Shown piece after piece: positions 23,027-32,602 of a stretch of DNA of 47,318 nucleotides. Every line of letters starts with the position of its first letter. Within the stretch, counting starts at the first letter, position 1. This stretch comes from Patescibacteria group bacterium (GTDB taxonomy: Bacteria > Patescibacteriota > Minisyncoccia > Phycocordibacterales > PALSA-1337): positions 1-47,318 of the forward strand of contig JAGWLA010000002.1 in the NCBI GenBank assembly GCA_028865095.1, read 5' to 3'. The translations under genes were made by a program, and so were the position numbers. The notes under the pieces were generated by a model. That model was given only the letters and a program-made list of their open reading frames with translations. It was not told the DNA's origin and did not search any database.

Positions 23027-25963
23027 ATGTCAGACGAGGCATTCCAGCGGCTCTATAAAAAGCTCGATCCCGCGCAGCGGGAAGCGGTCGATGCCATCGA
23101 AGGCCCGGTCATGGTCATCGCCGGCCCGGGCACGGGCAAGACGACCATATTGACCCTGCGGATCGCCAACATCCTCCGCCTCACCGATACGCCCCCGCAC
23201 GGCATCCTGGCGATCACCTATACCGACGCCGGCGTCAAAGCCATGCGCGCCAAGCTGCGCGACATCATTGGCAGCCGCGCCCACGAGGTCGCCATCCATA
23301 CGTTCCACAGCTTCGCTTCGGCCATGATCGCCGAGTATCCCGACCATTTCCTGCATCTCCAGGGCTTCCGGAACATGACCGACGTCGAGCAGGAATCGCT
23401 CGTCCGCTCCATCGTCGCGGGGCCGTCGTTCGAGAGGCTGCGGCCCCTCGGCAAGCCCGACGCCTACGTGGCTGCGATCATGAGGGCCATCGACGATGCC
23501 AAGCGGGAAGCGCTGACGCCCGACATGGTCAAGGCGCATGCCTTGAAGGAGGCTGAGCGCATAAAGAGCGACGAAAGCTCGATCTCCACCCGGGGCGCCA
23601 CCAAGGGCATGCTCAAAGCCGACGCCCAGGAGGCCGTCGCCAAATGCGAGCGCACGGCCCTCTTCGCCGACGCGTACGCCCGCTACGAAGAGGAGAAGCG
23701 CGCCAGCAAGCGCATGGACTTCAACGACCTCATCATCGAGCTCCTGGTGGCGCTGCGGGAAGACCAGCTCTTCCTGCGCCTCGTCCAGGAGCGGTTCCTC
23801 TCGCTCTTGGTCGACGAGCATCAGGACACCAACGACGCCCAGAACTTCATCGTCGGCCTGATCGCCGAGTTCTTCGAGACGCCGAACCTCTTCATCGTCG
23901 GCGACGAGAAGCAGGCCATATACCGCTTCCAAGGCGCGTCGGTGGAGAATTTCCTGATGCTCCAGAAGCGGTGGCCCGCCATGAAGGTCATATCGCTCGG
24001 CACGAACTACCGCTCGCATCAGGGCATCCTCGATGCGAGCTTCGCCATGATCGAGCATAATTACGGCGAAGGGGAGCATGAAGGCCTGCGGATCGAGCTC
24101 GAATCCGGCTCCGGCGAGGAGCGTCGGCCGGTCGCCGTGGTCACGGGCGAGAACGCGTCCGCTGCGGAAGGGTATCTGGTGAGCGAGCTCGAGGCGCTCT
24201 CCGAGCGCGAGCCGGCTTCGACCGTCGCCATCATCACCCGGCGCAACCGCGACCTCGAGCGGGTCATCCGGCTCCTCGAGGCGCACGGCATCCCGGTCTC
24301 GTCGGAGCGCAGCGTGGACATATTCCATCACCCTGTCGGAGCCGCGTTCTTCCGGCTGCTCGAATATCTCAAGGACCCGTCGCGCGCCGACGCTCTGGCG
24401 GCGACGCTCGCCGCCGGGATGTGGGGGCTCCCGTTCGACCGCGCCGCCGAAGCCATCCGTTCCTTGCGGAGCGGCATGGCGGGAGCCGCCGACGCCGTGC
24501 CCGCTCTGCTCCACCTCCGCCGGAAGATGCTGAATGACGCCCCAGTCGGCTTCGTCATCGAGGCCGCGGAGATGTCGGGATTCACCGCTCTGGTCGCCCG
24601 TGACCCGGCGTACGTGCATGTCTGGCGCGGCATCGTCGCTCTGGCCGAGTCGCTGGCGCGCGAGAGCTCCATCCGCAGCCCCGAAGAGCTCATCGGCGCC
24701 ATGCTCGATTACCGGCTCTCAGCCGAGAGTAAGACGGTTAAAGTGTCCGTCGGAGCGCCCGATCTGCCCATCCGGGCCATGACCGCCCACGGGTCGAAAG
24801 GGCTCGAGTTCGACCATGTCTATATACCGTATGCGACCGAGGAGGCGTGGGTCGGGCGCGCCCGCGGCACGTCCTTCATCCTCCCCAAGAAGCGCTCCGA
24901 CGACCATGACATCCGCGACGTCAGGCGCCTCTTCTACGTCGCCCTCACCCGGGCGCGCAAGCATGCCGTGGTCATAGCGGCCCTCGAAGAGTCTGACGGG
25001 GCTTCGCTGACGCCCCTGCGCTTCATCGCGGAGCTCGATCCCGAGAGCGTCGAGGAGACGTCGGTGCCTCGGGCCGCGGCTCCCGCGACGCCGGCCGCCA
25101 GCGCCGGGGCCCCCGGCGCCGAGAGCCGGCGCTATGCCGACGCCCTGGTCGGCCTCGCCAAAGAGACGCTCCTCGGCTCGGGCCTCTCCGTCACCGCCCT
25201 CAACCATTTCATCGAATGTCCGAACAAGTTCCTGTATGAGAGCATCCTCAAGCTCCCGCAAGCGCCGTCGGCCTCTGCCGAGAAGGGCACGGCCATGCAC
25301 GAAGCCATGGCGGCCGTCTGGCGCTCTCCCGAGCGCAACGCGGCCCGCATCGAGGCGCTGATCGTCTCGTCCGTCAAAGAGCGCCTCGAGAAGTCGTTCC
25401 TCCCCGCGGCCGACAAAGCTGCCGTCGAGAAAGAGCTCCTCGGCGCCGCTCGCGCCGTCGCCATAGCCCTCGAGCCCCATTTCGCGCGGACGGGCGCCGT
25501 CCATGCAGAGCGCTGGGCCGAGGCCGTCTTCGACGGCTCGTTCGGAGGGCGGAGGGTCGCCGTCCCGATCCATGGCAAGCTCGATGCCGTGGCCGACGAC
25601 GGCGCGGGCGGCGTCACGGTCTTCGACTATAAGACCCGGCAGAGCATGTCTCCGGCCGAGATCAAAGGCGAGACCAAGGGCTCGTCAGGCGGCTATTTCC
25701 GCCAGCTCGCTTTCTATCGGCTGCTGATAGATTCCGATCCTCGCTGGAGGGGGCGGCGCGCCGAGACCGCGCTCGTCTTCGTGTCGCCCGACAAGAAAGG
25801 GCGATGCCCGATCGTGCCCATGCCGGTCGAGGAAGGGGACATCGCCGCGCTCAAAGCAGGCATCCAAGCCGTCATCGACGCCGTCTGGAGCGGGAGCATC
25901 GCTTCCGCATCCTGCGGCGAGCGGGATTGCATGTGGTGCGGCCTGCGGAAAGCGGCGGGATAG
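23027..25963 (+). CDS. UvrD/PcrA/AddA-type superfamily-1 helicase fused to a C-terminal PD-(D/E)XK nuclease with a Cys cluster
   Basis: Shows Walker A (AGPGTGKTT), LLVDEHQDT, YRFQGA, and TAHGSKGLEFDHVYI. The C-terminal nuclease carries IHGKLDAV...VFDYKT and QLAFYRLL, plus cysteines FIECPN and CGERDCMWC. Confidence 0.8.
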   Translation: MSDEAFQRLYKKLDPAQREAVDAIEGPVMVIAGPGTGKTTILTLRIANILRLTDTPPHGILAITYTDAGVKAMRAKLRDIIGSRAHEVAIHTFHSFASAMIAEYPDHFLHLQGFRNMTDVEQESLVRSIVAGPSFERLRPLGKPDAYVAAIMRAIDDAKREALTPDMVKAHALKEAERIKSDESSISTRGATKGMLKADAQEAVAKCERTALFADAYARYEEEKRASKRMDFNDLIIELLVALREDQLFLRLVQERFLSLLVDEHQDTNDAQNFIVGLIAEFFETPNLFIVGDEKQAIYRFQGASVENFLMLQKRWPAMKVISLGTNYRSHQGILDASFAMIEHNYGEGEHEGLRIELESGSGEERRPVAVVTGENASAAEGYLVSELEALSEREPASTVAIITRRNRDLERVIRLLEAHGIPVSSERSVDIFHHPVGAAFFRLLEYLKDPSRADALAATLAAGMWGLPFDRAAEAIRSLRSGMAGAADAVPALLHLRRKMLNDAPVGFVIEAAEMSGFTALVARDPAYVHVWRGIVALAESLARESSIRSPEELIGAMLDYRLSAESKTVKVSVGAPDLPIRAMTAHGSKGLEFDHVYIPYATEEAWVGRARGTSFILPKKRSDDHDIRDVRRLFYVALTRARKHAVVIAALEESDGASLTPLRFIAELDPESVEETSVPRAAAPATPAASAGAPGAESRRYADALVGLAKETLLGSGLSVTALNHFIECPNKFLYESILKLPQAPSASAEKGTAMHEAMAAVWRSPERNAARIEALIVSSVKERLEKSFLPAADKAAVEKELLGAARAVAIALEPHFARTGAVHAERWAEAVFDGSFGGRRVAVPIHGKLDAVADDGAGGVTVFDYKTRQSMSPAEIKGETKGSSGGYFRQLAFYRLLIDSDPRWRGRRAETALVFVSPDKKGRCPIVPMPVEEGDIAALKAGIQAVIDAVWSGSIASASCGERDCMWCGLRKAAG

Positions 25964-25965
25964 CC

Positions 25966-26733
25966 TTATTGGGCGGTCGAGCTCGCGGCGCTCAGCAGCG
26001 TGTCGATGCTCGTCTTCATGGTGGCGTACGACTGGGCTCCGGCCAAAGCGATCTTCGAGCCCGACGGGGTGACGATGACGATATACGGGGTGCCTGTCAC
26101 GCCGGCGTTCACGCCGCCTGCGTATTCGGCGTCGATCTTGCCCTTGAAGGAGCCGCTCGCGACGCATGCGTCGAACGCCTGCTTGTCGAGGCCGGCAGCG
26201 GCAGCGGCCTGGTCCATCTGGCCGCTATCGAGGGAGGAGGATTCGCCGGCGCCGTCGGTCGGGAAAGCGTCGAACCAGGCGTGCTCATATTTCCAGAACG
26301 CCGCATTGCCGCCGAGCGACGCGGCGCATTCGAATGCTTGCGCCTGCGTCCCTGCCAGCGGATGCAGGACGTTGCCGTTCGCATCGGGGGCGTCGAGCGG
26401 GAACTGGCGGTAGACCCACGCGACCTTGCCCGAAGGCCCGTACTGGGCCATGACGCTCTCCATGGTCGAATTGAACATCTTGCAGAACGGGCATGAAGGG
26501 TCGGAGTACTCGACGATCTTGATGGGAGCCGAAGGATTCCCGAATATGTGGTCGGCGGCGGTGACGGGGGCCATGTTGACCTGCGGCAGCGACGGCTGGG
26601 GCTGGGCCGAGCCTGCCGGGGCCGAAGAAGGCCTCTGCTGGGTCCAGATGATGGCTATGGCTATTATCGCGGCGGCGATGATGATCGCCCCCGGAAGGGA
26701 GAGCAGCGATCCGGCGGCCTTGTTCGGTTCCAT
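25966..26733 (-). CDS. DsbA-family thioredoxin-fold protein with an N-terminal membrane anchor
   Basis: Shows EYSDPSCPFCKMF (CxxC) and a TM segment AIIIAAAIIAIAIIW. Confidence 0.75.
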   Translation of the reverse strand: MEPNKAAGSLLSLPGAIIIAAAIIAIAIIWTQQRPSSAPAGSAQPQPSLPQVNMAPVTAADHIFGNPSAPIKIVEYSDPSCPFCKMFNSTMESVMAQYGPSGKVAWVYRQFPLDAPDANGNVLHPLAGTQAQAFECAASLGGNAAFWKYEHAWFDAFPTDGAGESSSLDSGQMDQAAAAAGLDKQAFDACVASGSFKGKIDAEYAGGVNAGVTGTPYIVIVTPSGSKIALAGAQSYATMKTSIDTLLSAASSTAQ

Positions 26734-26805
26734 GATGGATATGTGATGATACGGGCGCTGATAATCGTCCCTAGTATAGCATTCCCGGCCGCCATGGCCG
26801 CAAGG

Positions 26806-27381
26806 TCAGAACGGCAGGGTGAAGGTCATGGCCGCCGCCGCGGGCGCCAGCCAGCCGGACGTGTCGAGAGGCAGGTCCTTGATCGCGCCGTTGTCGCGAT
26901 ACTTGATGCGCTTGTTGGCCAGGGCGTATTCGTATATGTCCTTGGTGATGCGGACGTCGTCGATGCAGTAGGCGATGACCTTGTCGATCTCGCCGTTCTT
27001 CCACCATTCGATGGCGTCGAGGCCGTGGCCGCTCTTGCTCACGCCGAGCGTGGCCGACGCCACAGTGTCGAGCTTGAGCCGGCGGCCGAGCGACTTCTGG
27101 GCCTCTTTCATCAGGTCGAGGCTCTTGATCTTGGTCAGGTCGCCGGGATAATACTTGCCGAGGAGCGGTATGTCGAAATGGTCGCCGTTCCAGGTGACCA
27201 GCATGTCCGCTTGCTCGAGGATCGGCCAGAGCGAGCGCAGGTCCTGCTCCAGGAAGCTGCGGTACGAATCGTCCGCCGAATCGTGGATGCAGACCACCGA
27301 GAGGTCGAGCGACGCCGGGTCGTTCGAGCCGGTGTCCTGGAAGACGTTCTTGGTCTCTATGTCGAAGGTGATGACGCGCAT
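26806..27381 (-). CDS. RNase H-fold DEDD-type 3'-5' exonuclease-like protein
   Basis: Shows ITFDIET (Exo I), WNGDHFDIPLL (Exo II) and AYCIDDVRIT (Exo III). It starts 4 nt after the hisS stop. Confidence 0.65.
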   Translation of the reverse strand: MRVITFDIETKNVFQDTGSNDPASLDLSVVCIHDSADDSYRSFLEQDLRSLWPILEQADMLVTWNGDHFDIPLLGKYYPGDLTKIKSLDLMKEAQKSLGRRLKLDTVASATLGVSKSGHGLDAIEWWKNGEIDKVIAYCIDDVRITKDIYEYALANKRIKYRDNGAIKDLPLDTSGWLAPAAAAMTFTLPF

Positions 27382-27384
27382 GGG

Positions 27385-28596
27385 CTACGGAAGCTCTGAT
27401 TCTGCGCCGGTCTTCAGGTCCTTGGCCTTGAGCGGCTTGCCGGCGGCCTCTTCGGGGCCGATGACGACGGCAGCGGGGATGCCGCGCTTGTCGGCGCTCT
27501 TGATCTGGTCGCCGACCTTCTTGAAGGAGAGGTCGACCGCCACGCGGCTGCCCGCGGCGCGGAGCCGGTCGGCCGTCGCCGCAGCGAATGCCGCCTGCTC
27601 CGGCGCCATGACGCAGAGATAATAGTCGGCGGGCGCTCTGGGCGCGGGCATGAGCTTGTGGGTCTCAAGGAAGTCGCGCATGGTCACGTCGCCCATGCCG
27701 AAGCCCACCGCCGGTATCTTGTCGCCCCCGAAGAGGGAGGCCAGGTCGTCGTAACGGCCGCCCCCGAAGAGGGCGCGGCGATTGGCGGGATCGGCGTCGT
27801 ATATCTCGAAGACGATGCCGGTGTAATAGTCGAAGCCGCGGACGATCGACGCGTCGAAGCGGGCGTTCGATATCCCCGCGGCGGAAAGCGCCCGTACCGC
27901 AGCTTGTGTGGCCTCGCTCTCCTCGAATGCGGGGTCGATGTCGGCCCCCGCCGCCTCTTTCAAAGCCGCCAGATAGGCGTCGCGGGGCAGCTTGTCCTTC
28001 TTGTCCATGAGCCGGGTGACCGCCCTCATCTGTTCGGGAGAGAGCCGCGCGCCGTTCAAGCCCGCGAGCACGGCCTTCCGGTCGTTGATGCGGATCTCGA
28101 AATCGCCGTCGGCGGCCCCGAACGCCTTCATGATCCGATATGCGACGGAGATGACCTCCACGTCCGCCTCGATGGAATCAGCGCCGAACAGGTCGACGTT
28201 GAGCTGCCAGTGCTCGCGCACCCGGCCTCGCTGGGGCTGCTCGTAGCGGAAGAGGTTAGGGATGGAGTACCAGCGCAAAGGGAAGGTCAGCTTGCGGCGA
28301 CGGGCGGCCACCATGCGGGCGACCGTCGGCGTCATCTCGGGGCGGAGCGTCACTTCGCGCTCGCCGCGGTCGGTGAAAGTGTACGTCTGCTCGTTGACGA
28401 TCTCCTCGCCGGATTTGGCCCGGTAGAGATCGGCGGGCTCGAGCACCGACGCCCCGTATTCTTCATAGCCGAAGCTCTCGACAGCCTTCTTCCAGACGCC
28501 GAATATGTATTCCTGGACGGCCATGTCGGCCGGGTAGAAGTCGCGGACGCCTTTATAGGAGTCGGTCGAGAGCTTCTTTGCCTTGGATCCGTTCAT
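27385..28596 (-). CDS. hisS: Histidine--tRNA ligase
   Basis: Class II motif 2 (LFRYEQPQRGRVREHWQLNVD), GGGRYDDL, and a C-terminal anticodon-binding domain. Confidence 0.9.
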   Translation of the reverse strand: MNGSKAKKLSTDSYKGVRDFYPADMAVQEYIFGVWKKAVESFGYEEYGASVLEPADLYRAKSGEEIVNEQTYTFTDRGEREVTLRPEMTPTVARMVAARRRKLTFPLRWYSIPNLFRYEQPQRGRVREHWQLNVDLFGADSIEADVEVISVAYRIMKAFGAADGDFEIRINDRKAVLAGLNGARLSPEQMRAVTRLMDKKDKLPRDAYLAALKEAAGADIDPAFEESEATQAAVRALSAAGISNARFDASIVRGFDYYTGIVFEIYDADPANRRALFGGGRYDDLASLFGGDKIPAVGFGMGDVTMRDFLETHKLMPAPRAPADYYLCVMAPEQAAFAAATADRLRAAGSRVAVDLSFKKVGDQIKSADKRGIPAAVVIGPEEAAGKPLKAKDLKTGAESELP

Positions 28597-28600
28597 GGGC

Positions 28601-28609
28601 TACATTGTA
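28601..28609. promoter_or_regulatory. Overlapping -10 boxes shared by divergent hisS and truB
   Basis: tacattgta reads TACATT on the + strand (9 nt before ATG 28616) and TACAAT on the - strand (7 nt before ATG 28596). The two start codons are only 19 nt apart. Confidence 0.5.
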
Positions 28610-28615
28610 GCCAAT

Positions 28616-29350
28616 ATGCCGTCAATCGTCCATAAAAGGCTCGGCGAGACGCCGCTCGAGGCTCTGGAGCGCTATCGGGCGGAAAAGGGCGTGGCTGCCG
28701 ATGTGCCGCTGACCTATGCCGGCCGGCTCGACCCGATGGCCGAAGGGGCGCTGCTCGTCCTCGAAGGGGAAGAGTGCAAGCGGAAGGACGCTTTCCTCGG
28801 CTTCGACAAGGAATATGAGGTCGAGATCGTATTCGGCATCGCCACCGACAGCTACGACGGATTGGGGCTGGCGACGGCCGCGCCGGCGCAGCAGCCGCTC
28901 CCGAGGGCCCCGATCGAAGGCTTGGAGCGGTATGTCGGCGCGTTCGAGCAAGAGTACCCGCCGTATTCGTCCAAGACCGTCGGCGGGACGCCGCTCCACG
29001 AGCTGGCGCGCGCGGGCAGATTGCCCGAGAAGATGCCTGTCAGGCGGGCGGAGATATGCTCTATCAGCTTGATCGGCTGGGCGACGGTCTCCGCCCAGGC
29101 ATTGAAAGCGCGCCTGTTCGAGGCCATCGACCGCGTCAGAGGCGATTTCCGGCAGGCAGAGGCGAAGAAGCGCTGGGATGAGGCTTTGGGCGATCCGTCG
29201 ATGGCGTTCTCCGTCGCCAAGATCCGTGTCGCATGCTCGAGCGGCACGTATATGCGCTCGCTCGCCGACCGGATGGGGAAGGATGCGGGCTGCGGCGCGT
29301 TCGCCCTGTCCATCAAGAGGACGCGCATATACGAGCGCCGGCGCGCATAA
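28616..29350 (+). CDS. truB: tRNA pseudouridine(55) synthase TruB-like (short form)
   Basis: Shows AGRLDPMAEGALLVL (the catalytic Asp motif) and YSSKTVGGTPLHELAR. The ATG at 28616 was chosen. Confidence 0.75.
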   Translation: MPSIVHKRLGETPLEALERYRAEKGVAADVPLTYAGRLDPMAEGALLVLEGEECKRKDAFLGFDKEYEVEIVFGIATDSYDGLGLATAAPAQQPLPRAPIEGLERYVGAFEQEYPPYSSKTVGGTPLHELARAGRLPEKMPVRRAEICSISLIGWATVSAQALKARLFEAIDRVRGDFRQAEAKKRWDEALGDPSMAFSVAKIRVACSSGTYMRSLADRMGKDAGCGAFALSIKRTRIYERRRA

Positions 29351-29372
29351 AAAAAGACGCCCTGCTGGCGTC
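29349..29372 (-). terminator. Rho-independent terminator oriented on the minus strand
   Basis: The minus strand reads GACGCC-agcag-GGCGTC followed by seven T. It overlaps the truB stop codon and lies about 210 nt downstream of the typA stop. Confidence 0.7.
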
Positions 29373-29533
29373 AGATCAAGGATGCCGCCAAGGGCTTGTC
29401 TTGAATGTTGAATATCCCTTGTGCCGGAGCAAAGTGAAAACAAGCTCACGGTGTACATAACTGCTGCCTGATGGCCTCCTTCAGCCCTTGGCGGCGCTGC
29501 CTGCGTGCCCAACACCGCGACTCGATGCACGCT
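29349..29533 (-). ncRNA. Candidate structured sRNA or long structured typA 3' UTR (about 180 nt), family unassigned
   Basis: Bounded by a TTGATG-17-TATCAT promoter and the terminator above. It contains a 13-bp long-range inverted repeat (29384-29396 with 29483-29495) and competing CAAGGG/CCCTTG pairings. Confidence 0.3.
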
Positions 29534-29539
29534 GCGGCT

Positions 29540-29568
29540 ATGATACACCGCGCCGCCCGTCGCATCAA
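29540..29568 (-). promoter_or_regulatory. Promoter TTGATG-17-TATCAT on the minus strand, just downstream of the typA stop
   Basis: On the minus strand, TTGATG is at 29568-29563 and TATCAT at 29545-29540. Confidence 0.4.
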
Positions 29569-29581
29569 GCCGTGTCGGCGG

Positions 29582-31378
<1,797 letters not shown>

Positions 31379-31380
31379 TG

Positions 31381-31413
31381 AATCAAAATCCGCCGGCTGG
31401 CGGGAGCCGGCGG
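31381..31413 (-). promoter_or_regulatory. Terminator-like hairpin plus U-tract immediately upstream of the typA start codon (attenuator or second terminator)
   Basis: A 9-bp stem, ccgccggct (31390-31398) / agccggcgg (31405-31413). On the minus strand it is followed by ATTTTGATT and then the ATG. Confidence 0.4.
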
Positions 31414-31424
31414 CTCGTCTCATA

Positions 31425-31454
31425 AGTAAAGCATAAAATAGGGCAGAAAGTCAA
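31425..31454 (-). promoter_or_regulatory. Possible typA promoter TTGACT-18-TTTACT
   Basis: On the minus strand, TTGACT is at 31454-31449 and TTTACT at 31430-31425. The -10 is weak. Confidence 0.3.
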
Positions 31455-31486
31455 GGATTTTGGGGCGCCGAAATCGAGAAAGGCGG

Positions 31487-31517
31487 CAAAAAAGCGCCGC
31501 ACCCGAAGGGCGGCGCT
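31487..31517 (-). terminator. Rho-independent terminator of the adenylate-kinase-like gene
   Basis: An 8-bp stem, agcgccgc (31493-31500) / gcggcgct (31510-31517). On the minus strand it is followed by TTTTTT. Confidence 0.7.
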
Positions 31518-31539
31518 ATAGAACGATCGTAGCGGTATA

Positions 31540-32397
31540 TTATGAGGCCGTGGCATGGAGCTGCGTCTGGTGCTGGTGCAGGAAGTCCCATTGACGGACT
31601 GGAAGGTCGCGATCGACGGGTTTGCTTTCGGCGTCTAGTTTGTGGATCATCTGGTAGGCGACGGAGGCGGGGCGCTCGAACATATTTTGCGCGGCCCTCG
31701 AGTACACGTTGTGCACGGCTTCGGGCGCGCCTCTGTAAAGGAGCGCGAAGACGAGCAGGTCCCGCATCTTCTGCGACATCATCTCGCCGCGGCGCAATTC
31801 GAGGGTGTGCCCCGGCTTCTTCTCGTCGAACGCGGCGATGCCCGGCAGGGCATTCTCTTGGTGCGTCTTGAACCTGCCCTCGACGTCGCTGTCGCCGTCA
31901 GGCCTGCCGCCTCGGGGGCCTTTGGCCCGCAGCTCGCGCTCGATCTCCGGCCATTCAGCGGTGACATGCGCCAACCGCGAGCAGCGGAATTCTTCAGCAA
32001 GGATCTCGCCTTGGCGACGGTCTCGGGGCGTCCCGAACAGGAATACCACCGTGATCTCCTTGCGGTATTCCTCATACCATTTTTTGAGGCGCCCGTGCAC
32101 GCCTTCCATTATGAGTTCAGGGGGCAGAAGCTTATTCTCCTCCTGCGTCCTGCGGTGCCCTGCGAACTCTCGCCCAAGCCGCGTCTTCGGCCGGTCTTGC
32201 CAGTAGCCGATGACGTCAGAGCTCATATCCAGAACCGGGATGTGGGGGTCTGGATCCGCCGCGAACCGGTTATGCGAATCATAATGAGGGTTTCTCCATA
32301 GCGCCGCGCGTATGATATCGCGCATCGTGGACTTTCCTCCCATCACGGGTGCAGTGATGCAGCACAACGGCAGATTTTCTATCGTTATCTTTGCCAT
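31540..32397 (-). CDS. Divergent adenylate-kinase-family (NMP kinase-like) P-loop protein with insertions and a long C-terminal extension
   Basis: Shows a P-loop (APVMGGKST), LFGTPRDRRQGEIL (compare DGFPRxxxQA) and a LID-like RPDGDSDVEGRFKTHQENALP. GC looks slightly lower than in the neighbouring genes, and the flanking spacers are AT-rich. Confidence 0.45.
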   Translation of the reverse strand: MAKITIENLPLCCITAPVMGGKSTMRDIIRAALWRNPHYDSHNRFAADPDPHIPVLDMSSDVIGYWQDRPKTRLGREFAGHRRTQEENKLLPPELIMEGVHGRLKKWYEEYRKEITVVFLFGTPRDRRQGEILAEEFRCSRLAHVTAEWPEIERELRAKGPRGGRPDGDSDVEGRFKTHQENALPGIAAFDEKKPGHTLELRRGEMMSQKMRDLLVFALLYRGAPEAVHNVYSRAAQNMFERPASVAYQMIHKLDAESKPVDRDLPVRQWDFLHQHQTQLHATAS

Positions 32398-32563
32398 ATC
32401 TCAATTTTCGTTGAATAGGCGCAGCTCTCGAGCGAACTCGGCCAAGTAGGCCGATATATATTCATTTCAAAAGAGCAACGCTAATTCGGAACTCTACCAT
32501 GATTCGTTGCACACGTAAATGCCGCGACGGTTGAAGCATTCTTTACCGATATTTTATGGTTTT

Positions 32564-32581
32564 TTGAGCCTTCCTTGAGCC
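32564..32581 (+). repeat. Direct repeat TTGAGCC x2 with 11-bp period, overlapping the -35 region of the pilB promoter
   Basis: The sequence reads TTGAGCCttccTTGAGCCgtc. The second copy ends 9 nt before the -10 hexamer. Confidence 0.4.
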
Positions 32582-32587
32582 GTCTCC

Positions 32588-32596
32588 TGATATCTT
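32588..32596 (+). promoter_or_regulatory. Extended -10 (TGaTATCTT) lying 6 nt upstream of the pilB ATG
   Basis: tgatatctt at 32588-32596 and ATG at 32603. There is no recognisable -35 hexamer and no Shine-Dalgarno sequence. Confidence 0.5.
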
Positions 32597-32602
32597 CATG
32601 GC

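Noticed and set aside
23030-24619. A 529-aa minus-strand ORF. Similar long shadow ORFs occur at 4523-5911, 4861-6612, 18563-19795, 27658-28635, 29471-30667, 32921-34096, 39331-40992, 41043-42176 and 46023-47312.
   Set aside because: Each is antisense or out of frame to a gene with clear conserved motifs. Each encodes Arg/Gly/Pro/Asp-rich sequence with no recognisable domain, an artefact of high GC content.
29349-29533. Assigning the candidate RNA to SRP (4.5S) or 6S RNA.
   Set aside because: The size and closed-stem layout are compatible. However, I could not find the conserved helix-8 GGAA tetraloop with the flanking AGCA/GGUCC motif, or a convincing central bubble. It is kept as an unassigned candidate only.
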